DNA of 64,000 nt from assembly GCF_018977255.1 (NCBI RefSeq), contig NW_024704743.1, positions 34,970,001 through 35,034,000 of the forward strand. The letters run 5' to 3'. How positions within the stretch are numbered: the stretch's first letter is position 1; each line of letters opens with the position of its first letter. The notes below the pieces were generated by a model that was given only the letters and a program-made list of their open reading frames with translations, ran no database searches and was not told where the DNA came from. Both the position numbers and the translations under genes were made by a program. Below are positions 39,941 through 52,470 of the stretch, one piece after another. The stretch is from Callorhinchus milii (taxonomy: Eukaryota).

Positions 39941-42900
39941 TTGTACTAAATGTATTCACAGCTAAACACTGGATTGGATATGGGGAGAAGGGTCAGAAAG
40001 TGAGATAAATAAAACAAGAGTTATTTAGAAAAAGAGATAGCAGTAGCACAGATATGATGGGCTAAATGGCCCTTTCTGTGCAAAAAGTTTCTGTGGGTGC
40101 CTGTCACTCCATATATTGATTTGCTCTGTTCACTCTTTTCTCATTTTCAACTTAACACTCCTAACTTCATGGGTTCTGTTTCAGGAACTTATTTCTGTAA
40201 TTTCCATGCAACCTGTCAGTTTTTTAAAACGCAAAACAGATTTCCTTTCTATCTTTATTTGATTGATTTATTTACTGCAATCTGGCCCAGAAACTTATTG
40301 CCATGAAAACTGTGTTTCCAATATAAAAAGTGACTTGTAATGTGAAACAACTAGATTCAGCCATATAATCAATGGAGAATATTAATCATACCTAGACAAT
40401 TTTTATGCTTCCCTGTCCTCTTACAAGTGTAAGGGGAGCTTAATTTTATAATTATACTTTTTATTATCTAAATTGTTGGAACAGAATTCAGTATAAAATT
40501 ATAATTTTGCCAACCAAGCACAGACAATAATAGTATTTAGTTAATCCAAATCACATGAGCTGTATAAAGTATTCATCTCTGTAAATTGATGCACTATATA
40601 TGTAATAGTAACCATACAACTGGGTGTTCTCTTGACACTAAACTCAATCTGTAATTCAAATGAGGATTGTTGCAATGCATTGCAATTTGATCAAACTATA
40701 CTTATTGGTTGAATCAGTCTCCTGGTCTGCACTTTAGCTGATGGATCACATTCCTCACTGCTTAAGATGATGTTTGTATATAGCCAATGAGTACTTTTCC
40801 ATTTATATAAAAAAATGGAAACTTCTTAGTGTTGTTTGGTGGCACTTTAGCCTCTAAGTCAGAAAGTTAAAGGTTCACGCCCCACCTCGGGACAAGAACT
40901 CTTTGTCTAGCTTGATGCTTCAGTGCTATACTTGAGACATCCTGTATGGTTATGGGTACTGTCTTTCCCATGAGTTGCCAAATAGTGCCTGTTCAGGTTA
41001 TTCGAGAAAAGAGTTTTCTCCCAAACAAGTCTCTGGATTAATTAATCTATTCATTTCATGGATTTACGGTACCTTCCTGCCATATGACTGCTGTATTCCA
41101 AGTGCTGATTACAGGCAGCTTACTCGGCTTATAAAATTATCAGGCTGATAATTGGAGGTTCTTGTGCAAATAACTCAAATGATCAGCATATTTTTGAAAG
41201 TTCTGAGTACTTTCATTGTGTTTCACTGTATTGGTCAAAGACATCAATGACATTCTCTCCATCTGGTTTGAGGCTACCTTGTCTCTCACCCCCCCCCCCC
41301 CAGCTTCAAGACCTACCTCTTTGACCGTGCTTTTTGCCACCATTTTCTTTCCCCTGCCCCAAGCTTGGGCTCCCAGTATTGTATGAATTAAAAAAATGGT
41401 CATACAGTCAATTCACTTCACAGTATTACAGAAATGCTTTAAGACATCTGGAAGATATAAGGCGCTATATCAAATGCAAGGATAATTATTATCATTTTGA
41501 GACTGCTTCTTGACACGAAAGGTACCATGTAAATGTACATTGTTTTTGTTTAAAACGGCCTGCTTCATGTCCCCCGCCCGGCCCGCGCCATCATCGTGAC
41601 AGACAAATGGTAGTAGCTTCACTAAAACTGCACAGCAATGGTCCATTTCTGAGATTAAAAAGCAGATACAAGGTGGCAGCTCAAAGCAAACAAGACTGTA
41701 GCATTGTCAAATACAAACATCAGCTGTTCAGCAACTCCTACAAAACCCCAAAGAAAATAAATGGTTGTGTCACTGTTCAACTGATATGCTCTGAAATTTA
41801 TATTATGACAAGGAAGGTACTACTGTGAAAAACTACAGTCCCACAGTACTGTGTATTCTAGTTAGGTTTGGTTGCTATGTGTTTTTTAATTAATCCAAAA
41901 TAAATCCAAACAATTTTCTTTTATCTTGAACCCACCTCCATGTCTATTACAAAGCAGAATTGGGAGGAACCTAAGAGTAAGTTGCAGGCTATAGTGAGAC
42001 AGTGCATGGCTCAGACCTAATAGAGGGGAAAAATAGAAGGTAGGTTTAAAATGGTGTACACAGACTATTAAACATCTGAACATATTAACACATTTTAAGT
42101 TTCGGTAGTGGTGGTGAGGGGAAGCGAAAAGTATTCATAAGGCTAAGTTAATTGATGTTGGTAAAATACAAATATTTCCAATTGTAGTCCTCATGCATCA
42201 AAGTCTGGTTGATGTTTCAGTAAATTGAGTTATCACTTATTTTGCTCATATTGGATTGAGTATGTATCAAGGCCTCTCTGTCATTTTAAACCTAATTTGG
42301 TAAACTTTAAAGATTATTCATGTTGATTTACCATCCCCACTTAAATGCTCAATGGCATTGTTTTTTCAATGATCATACAATAACCTTTTAATAATCTGTA
42401 CACGTGGTGGGGACCAAAAAATAATTACAATGCAAACTGGATGTTAAAGATTCCATGGCACTATTTAAAAAGAGAAGGGAGTTTCTCCTGGTATCCTGCC
42501 AACAATCCCCAGTTAAAATAGTCAAACCCTTTGTGATGTTTTTATGGTGTGAAGGGTGCTGTATCATTTGTAAGGCTTGTTGTTATTTCCTCTATTTTAT
42601 AAATGATAATAAACTTCCTGTTGCTTGTGGAACTAGGACCACCCTATCCATTAGGGCTTTGGTTTATAGAGTAAACAGACATTGAGTGGAAAGAAATCCT
42701 GCCCCCAGAATTGGTCCACTTCTGCTAATAAGTCAGCCTGGCTGGCCAAACAGGCATTTCTATAGCAGCCTTAACACAGGATAACTTCTCAGAGTTCATT
42801 ACATTGACTGCATCAGACAAGAGAAGGGGGGAAGGGATGGTTGAAGAGGCTGATTTTTAAGGTGGGAATTGGAAGACAGATGGAGATGGAGGACTGATTC

Positions 42901-43739
42901 AATTCCAATATTCCATTGTCAAACAAGTCACATTGGAAACAACTTAGTTCCAAGGAAATCTCTGTCCCCTCCCTCCTGGAGGATAGTTACTAATTAATTG
43001 TCAGACATCCAACAAGAGCAGGTTTGAACTTTCACTAGGGTGGGTGTCAGATACCAGATACTCTTGCAAGCTGATTCGTGAGCAACACAACTCTGCATGA
43101 GAGCATTGCAACAATCCTTTGATCAATGGCCAGGACACACCCCTACCCTCGGAGCAGTGGTTCCACCATTTGTAAGTCTGGAGCTTCAGCAACAGTTGCT
43201 TATCTCTGCATATCAATTAGGGTAGGTAACAAGCCCTGTATATATTAGTGTATATTCATGAACCAAAACTTCAGGTCATTTTTTCTAGCAGCTGTTGCCC
43301 AAGCCCAGAGTTTGGTCATCAGCTATTCGACAGATATGGTGGAAGGACCGATAAAGGACAAAGTAACTTGCTAGCCACTTTAATATTCTAGAGATCCAGG
43401 GCCAGGTTTATTTATCACTATCTGCTTCATCCAGGCTCTCATCTCGGGGCCTTAGTAAAGTGTCTGCATAAAGCTAACTCTGCTTTCAGAGTATGCATTA
43501 TGAGAGGCTGCTTCCATGATTCCAGGTGCTGAGCGGCAACTTAGCATAGATCGATAACCTCCCTCCCTGCGGCTGCTTCCCCTCTTCACAAATGGCCTGA
43601 AGGAAACCGTTCTGCTGCTTGCCCAGGAGCTTTAATCCATGAAGAACTGTTTGGATACATGTATTCTAAGTTTAGCTTTTCATTGAAAGTTGAAAGGCCA
43701 CAGTTCCCTTCGCTCCATCTCAGTGTGGACCCAAAGGAT

Positions 43740-46700
43740 ACAACAACAACAACAACTTGGATTTATATAGCACCCTCCACGCCGGACGGCGTCTCAGAGC
43801 GCTTCACAGTAACGGATCCCGGGGCTGAGCCAGGGGGAGGAAGAGGAAGGTGACCAAAAGCACAGTCGAAGAGAAAGGTCTTCAGCAGAGACCTGAAAAT
43901 AGGAAGAGAGGGGGTGAGGCGAAGGGAGTGAGGAAGGGAGTTCCTGAGCCTCGGGGCATAGTGGCTGAAGGCACGGCCGCCGAGGGTGGAACAGAGGACT
44001 CGGGGGACAAGGAGGAGGCCAGACCCGGAGGAACAAAGCCAACGGGCACTGTTTTGAGGAGAGAGGAAGTCAGAGAGGTAGGGGGTTGCAGAGGAGTGGA
44101 GGGATTTGAAGACAAGGGTGAGGATCTTGAAGTCGATCCTCTCTGGGACAGGCAGCCAGTGCAGTCTGGCGAAGACTGGGGTAATCGGGGAGCGGAGTTT
44201 GGTGTGGGTGAGAATGCGGGCGGCAAAGTTATGAATAATCTGGATTTTATGGATGGTAGTGGAGGAGAGACTGGCGAGGAGGGCATTTGAATAGTCCAGC
44301 CAAGAGATGATAAAGGCATGGGACCAGGGTTTCAGCGGCTTTCGGAGAGAGTTATTGGCGGAGACAGGCGATGCGTTGGAGGTGGAAGAAGGTGGTGCTG
44401 GTGAGGGACCGGATGTGGGGGAGGAAGGATAATTGAAGGTCGAACCTGATGCCAAGATTGCGTACGGGTTCGGAGAGTTTTAGGGGGAGGTCGGGTAGGT
44501 GGAGGAGGTGAGAACTGTAAGATTTTAGATGTTGATGAGAGCCAAAGAGTATGGCTTCCGTCTTGTCATTGTTCAGCTGAAAGAAATTTGTGCTCATCCA
44601 GCCCCTGAGATCTGACAGGCAGCCTGACAGAACATCAGGGGACTGGGGGTCGCAAAGTGAGATGGAAAAATAGAGTTGGGTGTCATCCGCATACATGTAG
44701 AAGTGTACCCCATGTCTGCGGATGAAAAGAGGGAGCATGTAGATCAGAAAGAGGAGAGGGCCCAAGGATGGATCCTTGGGGTACCCCACAGGTAACTGGT
44801 GAGAGAGGGAGGAGAAACCGTTTGTGCAGATGTGCTGCTGGCGGTTTGTGAGGTAGGACTCGAACCAGACGAGTGCGGTCCCACTGAGGTGGATGACGGA
44901 GGAAAGGCGGTGGAGGAGGATGGCGTGATCGACTGTGTCGAACGTGGCGGAGTGGTCCAGGAGGACAAGGAAGCAGAGGGAGCCCTGGTCACAGATAGAG
45001 AGGATGTTGTTTGTGACTTTCACAAGCGCAGTCTCTGTACTGTGGGCGGAAACCAGACTGGAGAGGTTCGAAGAGGGTGTGGGAGGAGAGGTGTGCGCGA
45101 AACTGATTGGCACCAACGCGTTCTAGGACTTTTGCAAGGAAGGGCAGGTTATAAATAGGGCAGTAGTGGCTGGGGTTTGAGGGATCTAGGGAAGGTTTAT
45201 TGTGGAGGGGGGTGATGACAGCAGTTTTGAGGGGGGAGGTAGTGATCCGGAGGAGAGGGACTGGTTGATGACGTCAGCCAGTAGTGGGCAGAGGAGGGGG
45301 AGCTAGATGACCAGCAAGTTGGTGGGGAGGGGGTCGAGGCAACAGGTGGTGGGTTTCATGGAGGTGATGGTGGGTGAGAGGGAGGAGGGAGAGATGTGGA
45401 GGAAGGAATGTAGGATGGGGGTGGTGGTAGAAGCAGATGATGGGGAGGGTGAGGGGGACAGAGAGGGCGTGGTGGTGGGTGACAAGAGGCAGGTGGATGA
45501 GGCTGCCTGGCGGATGTTATGTATTTTAGATGAAAAGAAGTCCATGACCTCCTCACACTTGGCATTTGATATGAAGATTAAGGAGGCCTGAGGAGGCAGT
45601 GGGTGGTGGGAAAAAAGGATTTTCAGGTTGTGTTTAGCCTCCAAGATGATGTTGGAATAGAAGGCCGTTTTTGCGCGTGTCAAAGAACGACGGTAGCTAT
45701 GGAGATGCTCGAGCCACAGTTGCCAGTGAACTGTCAGGCCAGTTTTCCGCCATCTGCGCTCGAGCAGCCGTGTTTGGGTCTTTTGGTGGCGGAGAATGTT
45801 GTTGTACGAGGGGGATCGGGTGGGTTTGGAAATGATCCTGGATTTTAGGGGGACTAGGGAGTTGAAGGTGGAGGAGAGGCGATCATGGAGCAGCTGAACG
45901 GCTGCTTCAGGATCTCCGCAGGTGGAAGGCCAGAGGGATAGGATGTTTGATGATGAGAGGGCCTTTGTGAGGTCTCAGGGAGTAGCCTTTTCCAGGGGCA
46001 GTAGAGGATGGTTGAGGGCTTGGTGGAGAAGAGAGGGATGTGAGAGGAGAAGGAGATGAGGAAGTGGTCCGAGATGGCCTTATCCACTATACTGAGGTCG
46101 GAAATGTCAAGGCAGTGGGTGATAACGAGGTCAAGGGCATGACCACGGTTGTGAGTGGGTGAGTTTATATGAAGGGTGAGGTTAAGGGAGGAGAGGAGGG
46201 CATTGAAGTCGGCAGAAGTAGTGCAGGGGGAGTTTAGATGGAGGTTGAAATCGCCCATTATGAACAGGCGCTCGGAGCAGAGTGACAGGGAAGAGAAGAG
46301 AGTAGAGATGTCTGTGTCAAAGCAGCCAGGGGAGCTTAGGGGGGCGGTAGACAAGGAGGATTTTCAATGGGAGAGAAGGGTGGAAGAGGGTGAGATGCTC
46401 GAAAGAGGGGAAGCAGCCATAGGAGTAGGGGGTAAGACCAAGGGAGGCTTTGGAAATGAAGGCTACCCTGCCGCCATGTTGGTTTAATGGAGGGTGTGGT
46501 GGAAGGTGTAGTCTGGAGGGGAGGCTTCCACTCAGGGGACGGGGTCATTGGGGGAGAACCAGGTTTCGGTGAGTCCAAGAATGTCAAGGTGCTCGTCCAG
46601 GATGAAGTTGTGGATGGTGAGGACTTTGTTTGAGAGGGAACGGACATTTTGGAGGGAAATACGGGTGGGTTTGCTAGAAGGAGAGGGAGGAGAGAGTGAT

Positions 46701-47190
46701 GCATAGAGGATTTTCGGGTGTACAGAAGAGGTGGTTGTGGAGAGTGGTGTGAGTGGAGAGTTGGGGAGGGTATGTATGAGGGAGGGGGAAGTTGGATTTG
46801 CCTTAAGGAGGCGGTTTGAGTGGAGGGAGTGAGTGATGGGACACGTGGGGTTGCTGCTCTGGGACAGCCAGTGCCTGGAGCCACGATGGGCCCGGCGGAG
46901 GATGCCCAGGTTGGAGCAGAGGGAAGTGGTGATGGGGTCGAAGAGAGAGAGAAGGCGGGGAGGGCAGTGGGAGAGAAGGACAGAGGGGGAGTAGCGGATA
47001 GAGGGGGGTGGGATGAGAGACATAGGGAGGGGTGGGAGGAGAGACATTTAGAGTGGAGAGGGAGGCTCGGGTCGCGGCGGCAGCCAAAACGCAAATGCAG
47101 AAAGCGGGAGCGAGCGATCAGCGGGTCAGCATCAGCCCACAGGCTGTGTGGTTATGGCTGGAGTGGCAGTGATAGGGGCTGCCAGGCCAT
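43740..47190 (-). mobile_element. Near-full-length L2 LINE (lineage II), APE endonuclease plus RT, frameshifted
   Basis: ORF fragments give ISLQNVRSLSNK..LGLTETW (APE start), [49 protein letters not shown] and RLHWLPV. Tail hairpin and (TTG)n at 43740-43805. Confidence 0.93.
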
Positions 47191-47200
47191 TGTTGTTTTT

Positions 47201-47332
47201 TTTATTCGTGACGTCACACCGACGTCACTTACCTCCCGCGCTCTCCTGACTCCTTTCCCGACTGAGTGGTTCCTCACCTGACTGGGCTTTATACCGCAGC
47301 TAGAGCTCGGCTCCGCCCCGCGCTCTCCTGAC
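47201..47332 (-). promoter_or_regulatory. Compact Pol II promoter-like cassette upstream of the long L2
   Basis: GC box 47310-47319, TATAAA 47288-47293, Inr TCAGTC with A at 47263 (TATA at -30), donor AG|GTAAGT at 47233/47232, CRE TGACGTCA 47209-47216. Confidence 0.5.
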
Positions 47333-47339
47333 AGTGTCT

Positions 47340-48650
47340 AAATAATTGCATGACTATTTGCCAGAATTCTAAATCTGATCCATTACCTCTTTCAACCTAT
47401 AAAGTTCACATTGATTGCAACTTTTTGTTTCCTGTTTTATTTAGTTCCATATTTTATGCCCTGGGCCATTTTATTCGTTACATTAGCCCTTAATTGCTGA
47501 TGTGGAATTTTGTCAAACATTTTCTGAGAACCTGAGAATATATCAACTGCATTTCCTATTTCCACTATTTTAGTAAAACCTTGATAAAGTGCCAGCCATT
47601 TACTGAGCATGATCTCCATTTCCTCAATGCATGTTTGACTGTCGTTTAACAAACTGGTTTTGTCAGGATTCACACACCAGAGCTTTCAAAGTTGTATTAA
47701 CAATTGTTTTCGTCTCCAATTGAATCTTACTGCTCTGTAATTTCTTGGATTGCTTTTAAATATAGTTTATTTTAAATATAGTTATTATGTATTAATTATT
47801 TCACTCCTGCTTACCTCTCCTTTCCCTATACTCCTGTGGCTGACTCTATTTAAGGAATCTGTCTAGTTCCCTCTTGAAGTCCAATATAGATTTTGCCTCA
47901 ACTACCACTCCTGGCAGATCATTCCATATCCTAACTACTCTGTGAGTGAAAATATTTCACCTAACTAACCGCCCCATTTGCTTGTTTACTAACTATCTTG
48001 AATTGATTCCCTCTAGAATCTGACTGACTGACCATTGGAAATAATTTCTCCCTATTGACTTTTCAAAACCCCTCAATTTTGAAAATATCTTATTAGGTCA
48101 CCTCTCAACCTTTTTTCCAGCAAAAAAAGTCATGGTTCCTCCATTCTACACTCATAGACCAAGCCAATCATCCCTGGTATCTTCCTAGTAAATCTCCTCT
48201 GCACCGCCTCTATCAGCTTGACGACTTTTGTAAAATACTGGACACCATATCTTAACTGTGGTCTGACTAACAATTTATATAAGTTTAGCATTACCTTTGT
48301 TTTTTATTCTATACCCCTATTTATAAAACCTAGGATTCCATTAGAGCTTTTGATACCTTTGCTCACCTGCACTTCCACCTTTAAGGATTTATGTACATTA
48401 ATCCCCAAGTCCTTTTGCTGTTCTACTCCTTTTAATACTTCACCACCCAACGTATATTGTTATCCTTATTCTTCCTCCCAAAATTTAGAACTTCACATTT
48501 GTCCACATTAAATGTTGCTACATTTCATTTGCCATTTTGATGTGGCAAATCAACTACTCTATGTCCTCCTTAAATTCCTTATAATCTACTTCATTTTAGC
48601 CACACTACCTATTTTGTGTCACCTCCAAATTTAGCCATTGTACCCCTCAT
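47340..48650 (-). mobile_element. Old CR1 fragments
   Basis: Minus strand gives GNAVDIF..FDKIPH. 47810-48650 resembles the CR1 RT C-terminus/3'UTR. Confidence 0.65.
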
Positions 48651-48944
48651 AGCAGAATTATTTTAATAATTCGTCAGAAATAACCCACTTTACAAACCTT
48701 GTGAATCTGTCCCACATTTACCGAAAGCTGGGTTGAAAAATACTCTCTAGGAAACTGGTAACATAACTGGTACTTCACTTCCATAAAACAACAAACAAAT
48801 TGTATTATATAGCGCCGTTCACGTCAGGAAGATGTCTAAGGCGCTGGACAAGGGTTTCCACCTCAGCTGAGGGTTGGAAAATCGTGCTTCTTAATATATA
48901 TTCTCTTTTGCATGAAATCTCATTTGCATTACTCAGACTTGTGT

Positions 48945-49120
48945 CTTGAATAAGACATTAAACCAAGGTCCCGTCTGCCTTTTCAGGTGGATGTTAGAGA
49001 TTCTATGGCACTGCTCAAAATGAGGAGGGAGATTCTCCTGGCAAACAGTTCCCCAAATGAAATTGGTCATTCGCGTCATAGCTGTTTGTGAAACATAGCT
49101 GTGCGCAAATTAGCTGCTAT
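48945..49120 (+). mobile_element. Family A SINE core fragment
   Basis: aaaccaaggtcccgtctgccttttcaggtggatgttagagattctatggcact. Confidence 0.7.
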
Positions 49121-49689
49121 GAGATTGCCACATCAGGCTATTCAGTATATGATGCCCTAGTCTGTTTTCAGTAGGTTAATGTTTGAATACATGACACATT
49201 AGTTTCAATTTTCAGAGTGCTTTCCGTATATTTATAAATGCTGCGAGTAAATGCATCGATTCTTCTCTTCACAGTTGTTTCCAGCTAACATTACGATTAT
49301 TTTGTTTTTGAAGCATGATGGTATTTTCTCCGAGTTAAAATTCAGACCAGCTTCTCGTGGCTCCTTCCCCCACTCTCAAATGTAAATTTTCAGTGGGATT
49401 GTATTCAGTAGGTGGTGCACTGAGTACAAGTGCATTGGCAACAATGGGTATTTATTTCAAAAAATATTCTGTACTATGAGTGGGAGCTAGTTTATAGTTG
49501 TACACTTAAATCATTCAAATTCTGACAATTTCAGCAATTGTAGACAGATGCTGCATATACAGATGTCTTTACATGGTTGTCATGTTCTAGTCCAGGGGAT
49601 GCATGCCCAAATGACTATTCTATGCATCCGTAATGCAGTCCAGCCCGCAGGCAGCAATTTAGCCATCCCTGTTCTAGTCCATCCATTCA

Positions 49690-50150
49690 CAATGGACACC
49701 ATACCGCTGTGTTTGCTACGTTCCGGAGACCCGAATTCTGATTTGTACCGCCCTGTAGTCTCCGTACCCCCATCACACCAGTCCTTGTCAGGCTCCACTG
49801 GCTTTCAATTACCGAAAGGAACGATTTCAAGATCCTCTCACTCACTTTCAAATGCCTTTGTGCCCTCACAGCTCCTTACCTATCCAAATGGCTTACCTCC
49901 CCATTCCACCACTCGCTGCCTCCGCTTGGCTGGCTCCGGCCTCCTGTTTGTCCCTCCGCTTCACCATCGGTGGTCGTGCTTTCAGCCACTAAGCCCCAAA
50001 ACTCTCTCCCTCCCCACTTTCAAATCCCACCTAAAAATCTTACTTTTTGATCGTCACCTCCCTTTTCGCCTGGCTCGATGTCAGACTACGCCACTGTCAA
50101 GCACTCTGGGACGCTGCCCTGCTTGAAGGGTGGTATATAAATGCAAGTTG
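49690..50150 (+). mobile_element. Degenerate L2 3' portion
   Basis: aggctccactggct...gatttcaagatcctc; tail gcactctgggacgctgccctgcttgaagggtggtatataaatgcaagttg. Confidence 0.8.
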
Positions 50151-51694
50151 TCTCTCTCTAACTGCAAGTTTTCTAATTCCAAGAATGTCTATTTTTGAAG
50201 CTGTTAAACTGTAAAACATTTCTGTAAACTGCCATTCATTGTTTGCTTCATTATTTTTGCACATAAGGTAATAACTAATACAAACTTCTTGAGTTCCAAA
50301 TTCATTTGAATAAAGTGGATGTTCAGATTACTTGATACACAGTGCCTCCATGTATATCTATGGTTAATGTTAGCAAATCCTAGAAATTCATTCCAAAATT
50401 GATTATGCGTTCCAGTGTTGATCAATTTCTTATTTCAGATCGAATCTTCATCTTGAAATTTCTTTTCAACCTTTAACAACATAATCGTTTGCTTAAAAAA
50501 AGTCAGTGAAACATCCACCATTAGTATATTGCCAAGAATAACCTTTTTCAGTGACAAACTTATTGAGCTGGTGTTATTGGCTCACCTTTTCTGCTACAGT
50601 ATATCGGGGAACCCCAATATTGCATCCTCGGATATAGCGTGATCTTGCCTATAACAGGATCACTGAGACGTTGGACCCAGCTGACAGTTATGTAATGGAG
50701 TTTCCTTTTGCACTGCTGTCGTAACTCTAAGGACTTCATTGCCATTTTGCTACAGTGATTTGTAAGTTTTCAGAGTGTCATTGCAGAAATACACTCTACT
50801 AAATCACAGATCATTTCTTTACTAAATGATTTTCTTTCTTGTCCCCTCTTCTCCCCTCATTATAGTATTTGATCACTGAGAATGGTCTGTGGATCCAGGT
50901 GACTCCTTTCTAAGACTTAATTGTCCAGAGTACTTTGTTTTTGATTCATTCTGATTTCATCGATCTGCTATGAAACTGGCTGTGATTACAAACTTGCAAT
51001 GTTGGGAAATTTATAGACTTTTTGCATGCTACCACCCGGTTCGTATTTGTTCTTTCTTACCTCATCTGACGTACACATCACATCCTTTTTTATTTTGAAC
51101 TCCCAGTTAATGCATTAAGAGGAATTAGCGGTTCAGTGAGCCCCTCAGCAGGCAGAGAGATCCACATTCTAACTGCAGAGGCTGAATCACTTTTTACCTA
51201 TTTGTGATAATGTTGTGATGTGCTATTTCGATGAAGTTAGTAAACCGATAAAATATTTATCTCATTCAAAGAAAGCTTAGTAAATCAGATTTTTTTAAAA
51301 CTTCTATTGCCTATGCTATAACAATTGTGAAGGCATTTCTTAGCCACCTGAGTTTACTTGTGGCTGAGTTTAATGGATGGCGTAAGAAGGCCAATAAAAA
51401 CTTGTTTCTTGACTATGAAAATTTGTGGTTTACATTAGATTTAACTTGCTCCAGCATTTGAACACTCCCAGGTTTGAAAAAAAACTGGAAAAGTGCCTTC
51501 AGTGTGTGCAGCATTAGTTGCTGCTGCAACCACCCACCGCTTAACAGTTTAGTTCTCCAAGAAGATGTAGAATACATGGCCATTCTTTACAGTAGCATTA
51601 TTATTAGCTTTTTACAACAAATTGCTTCTCTGTCACTGAATGCTGACACTATATAATTGATGTACAATATTATATTTTAGAAATGTTAGTGGAA

Positions 51695-51900
51695 ACAACT
51701 GCAACAAATTGTATTTATATAGCACCCTTCACGCAGGATAGCAACTCAGAGCACTGCAGAGTGGGGGGGTTGGATGCCAAGCAAGAGGGAAGGGGAGGTG
51801 ATTATAGGCGCAGTCAAAAAGGTTGATTTTAAGGTGGAATTTAAAAGATAAAGAGGTAATGAGGTGGAGGAATTAAGGCCAAGGGAGTTCCGGAGATTGT
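51695..51900 (-). mobile_element. L2 3' end fragment
   Basis: tatttatatagcacccttcacgcagg...cagagcactgcag, reverse-complement tail plus 3'UTR. Confidence 0.65.
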
Positions 51901-52234
51901 GAATGAAGTGGCCATTACACAGTTTTGCGCACAAAATATAGTCAATTCACTTTACAGTATATTCTGTGAAGCTCTTTGAGAATCTCAAATATATAAGGCG
52001 CCATATCAAATGCAAGGATCATTATTATACAACTACAATGCGGTTGAGATTTTTGTTTTATCTTTTAGATAAAAGTGACAATGAATAAAGAGTCAGTGAT
52101 TATACTTAGCTGGAAATTCCGACTCACCGGACCAGATCTCGCCCCGCTTGTCCAGCTAGCAGAGCTTAAGTTTATTTCCTTTACACCTCTAATTTTCACC
52201 CATTTTCAGAAGTCTGTGGCTCTTACTGAGTTGT

Positions 52235-52470
52235 GGTATGCCATGATCAAGTGTTGTCTGCGTGCAAGGTGGTCACATCTAAGCCTTATCCTGCCCTCAA
52301 CAGAGGAGATGGGAAACCCATCTGATTCCCCCCTCAGTCCAGGGATAGTGGAAACAATTGTAGGTCACCATTACTACTGAGATCAGATTACTCAGCACAG
52401 ACTGGTTATTGATGTGTAACTTCAGTTTCACACTGAGCAGTGGATTTACCAGTTGAGCCATTGGCAGAGC
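52235..52470 (-). mobile_element. Ancient tRNA-SINE (family C, AmnSINE2-like); related copies at ~9340-9585 (+), ~10180-10410 (-), ~52690-52800 (+)
   Basis: Minus strand gives tggctcaactggtaaatccactg...gtctgtgctgagtaatctgatctcag...ctacaattg. The family name is from memory. Confidence 0.55.
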
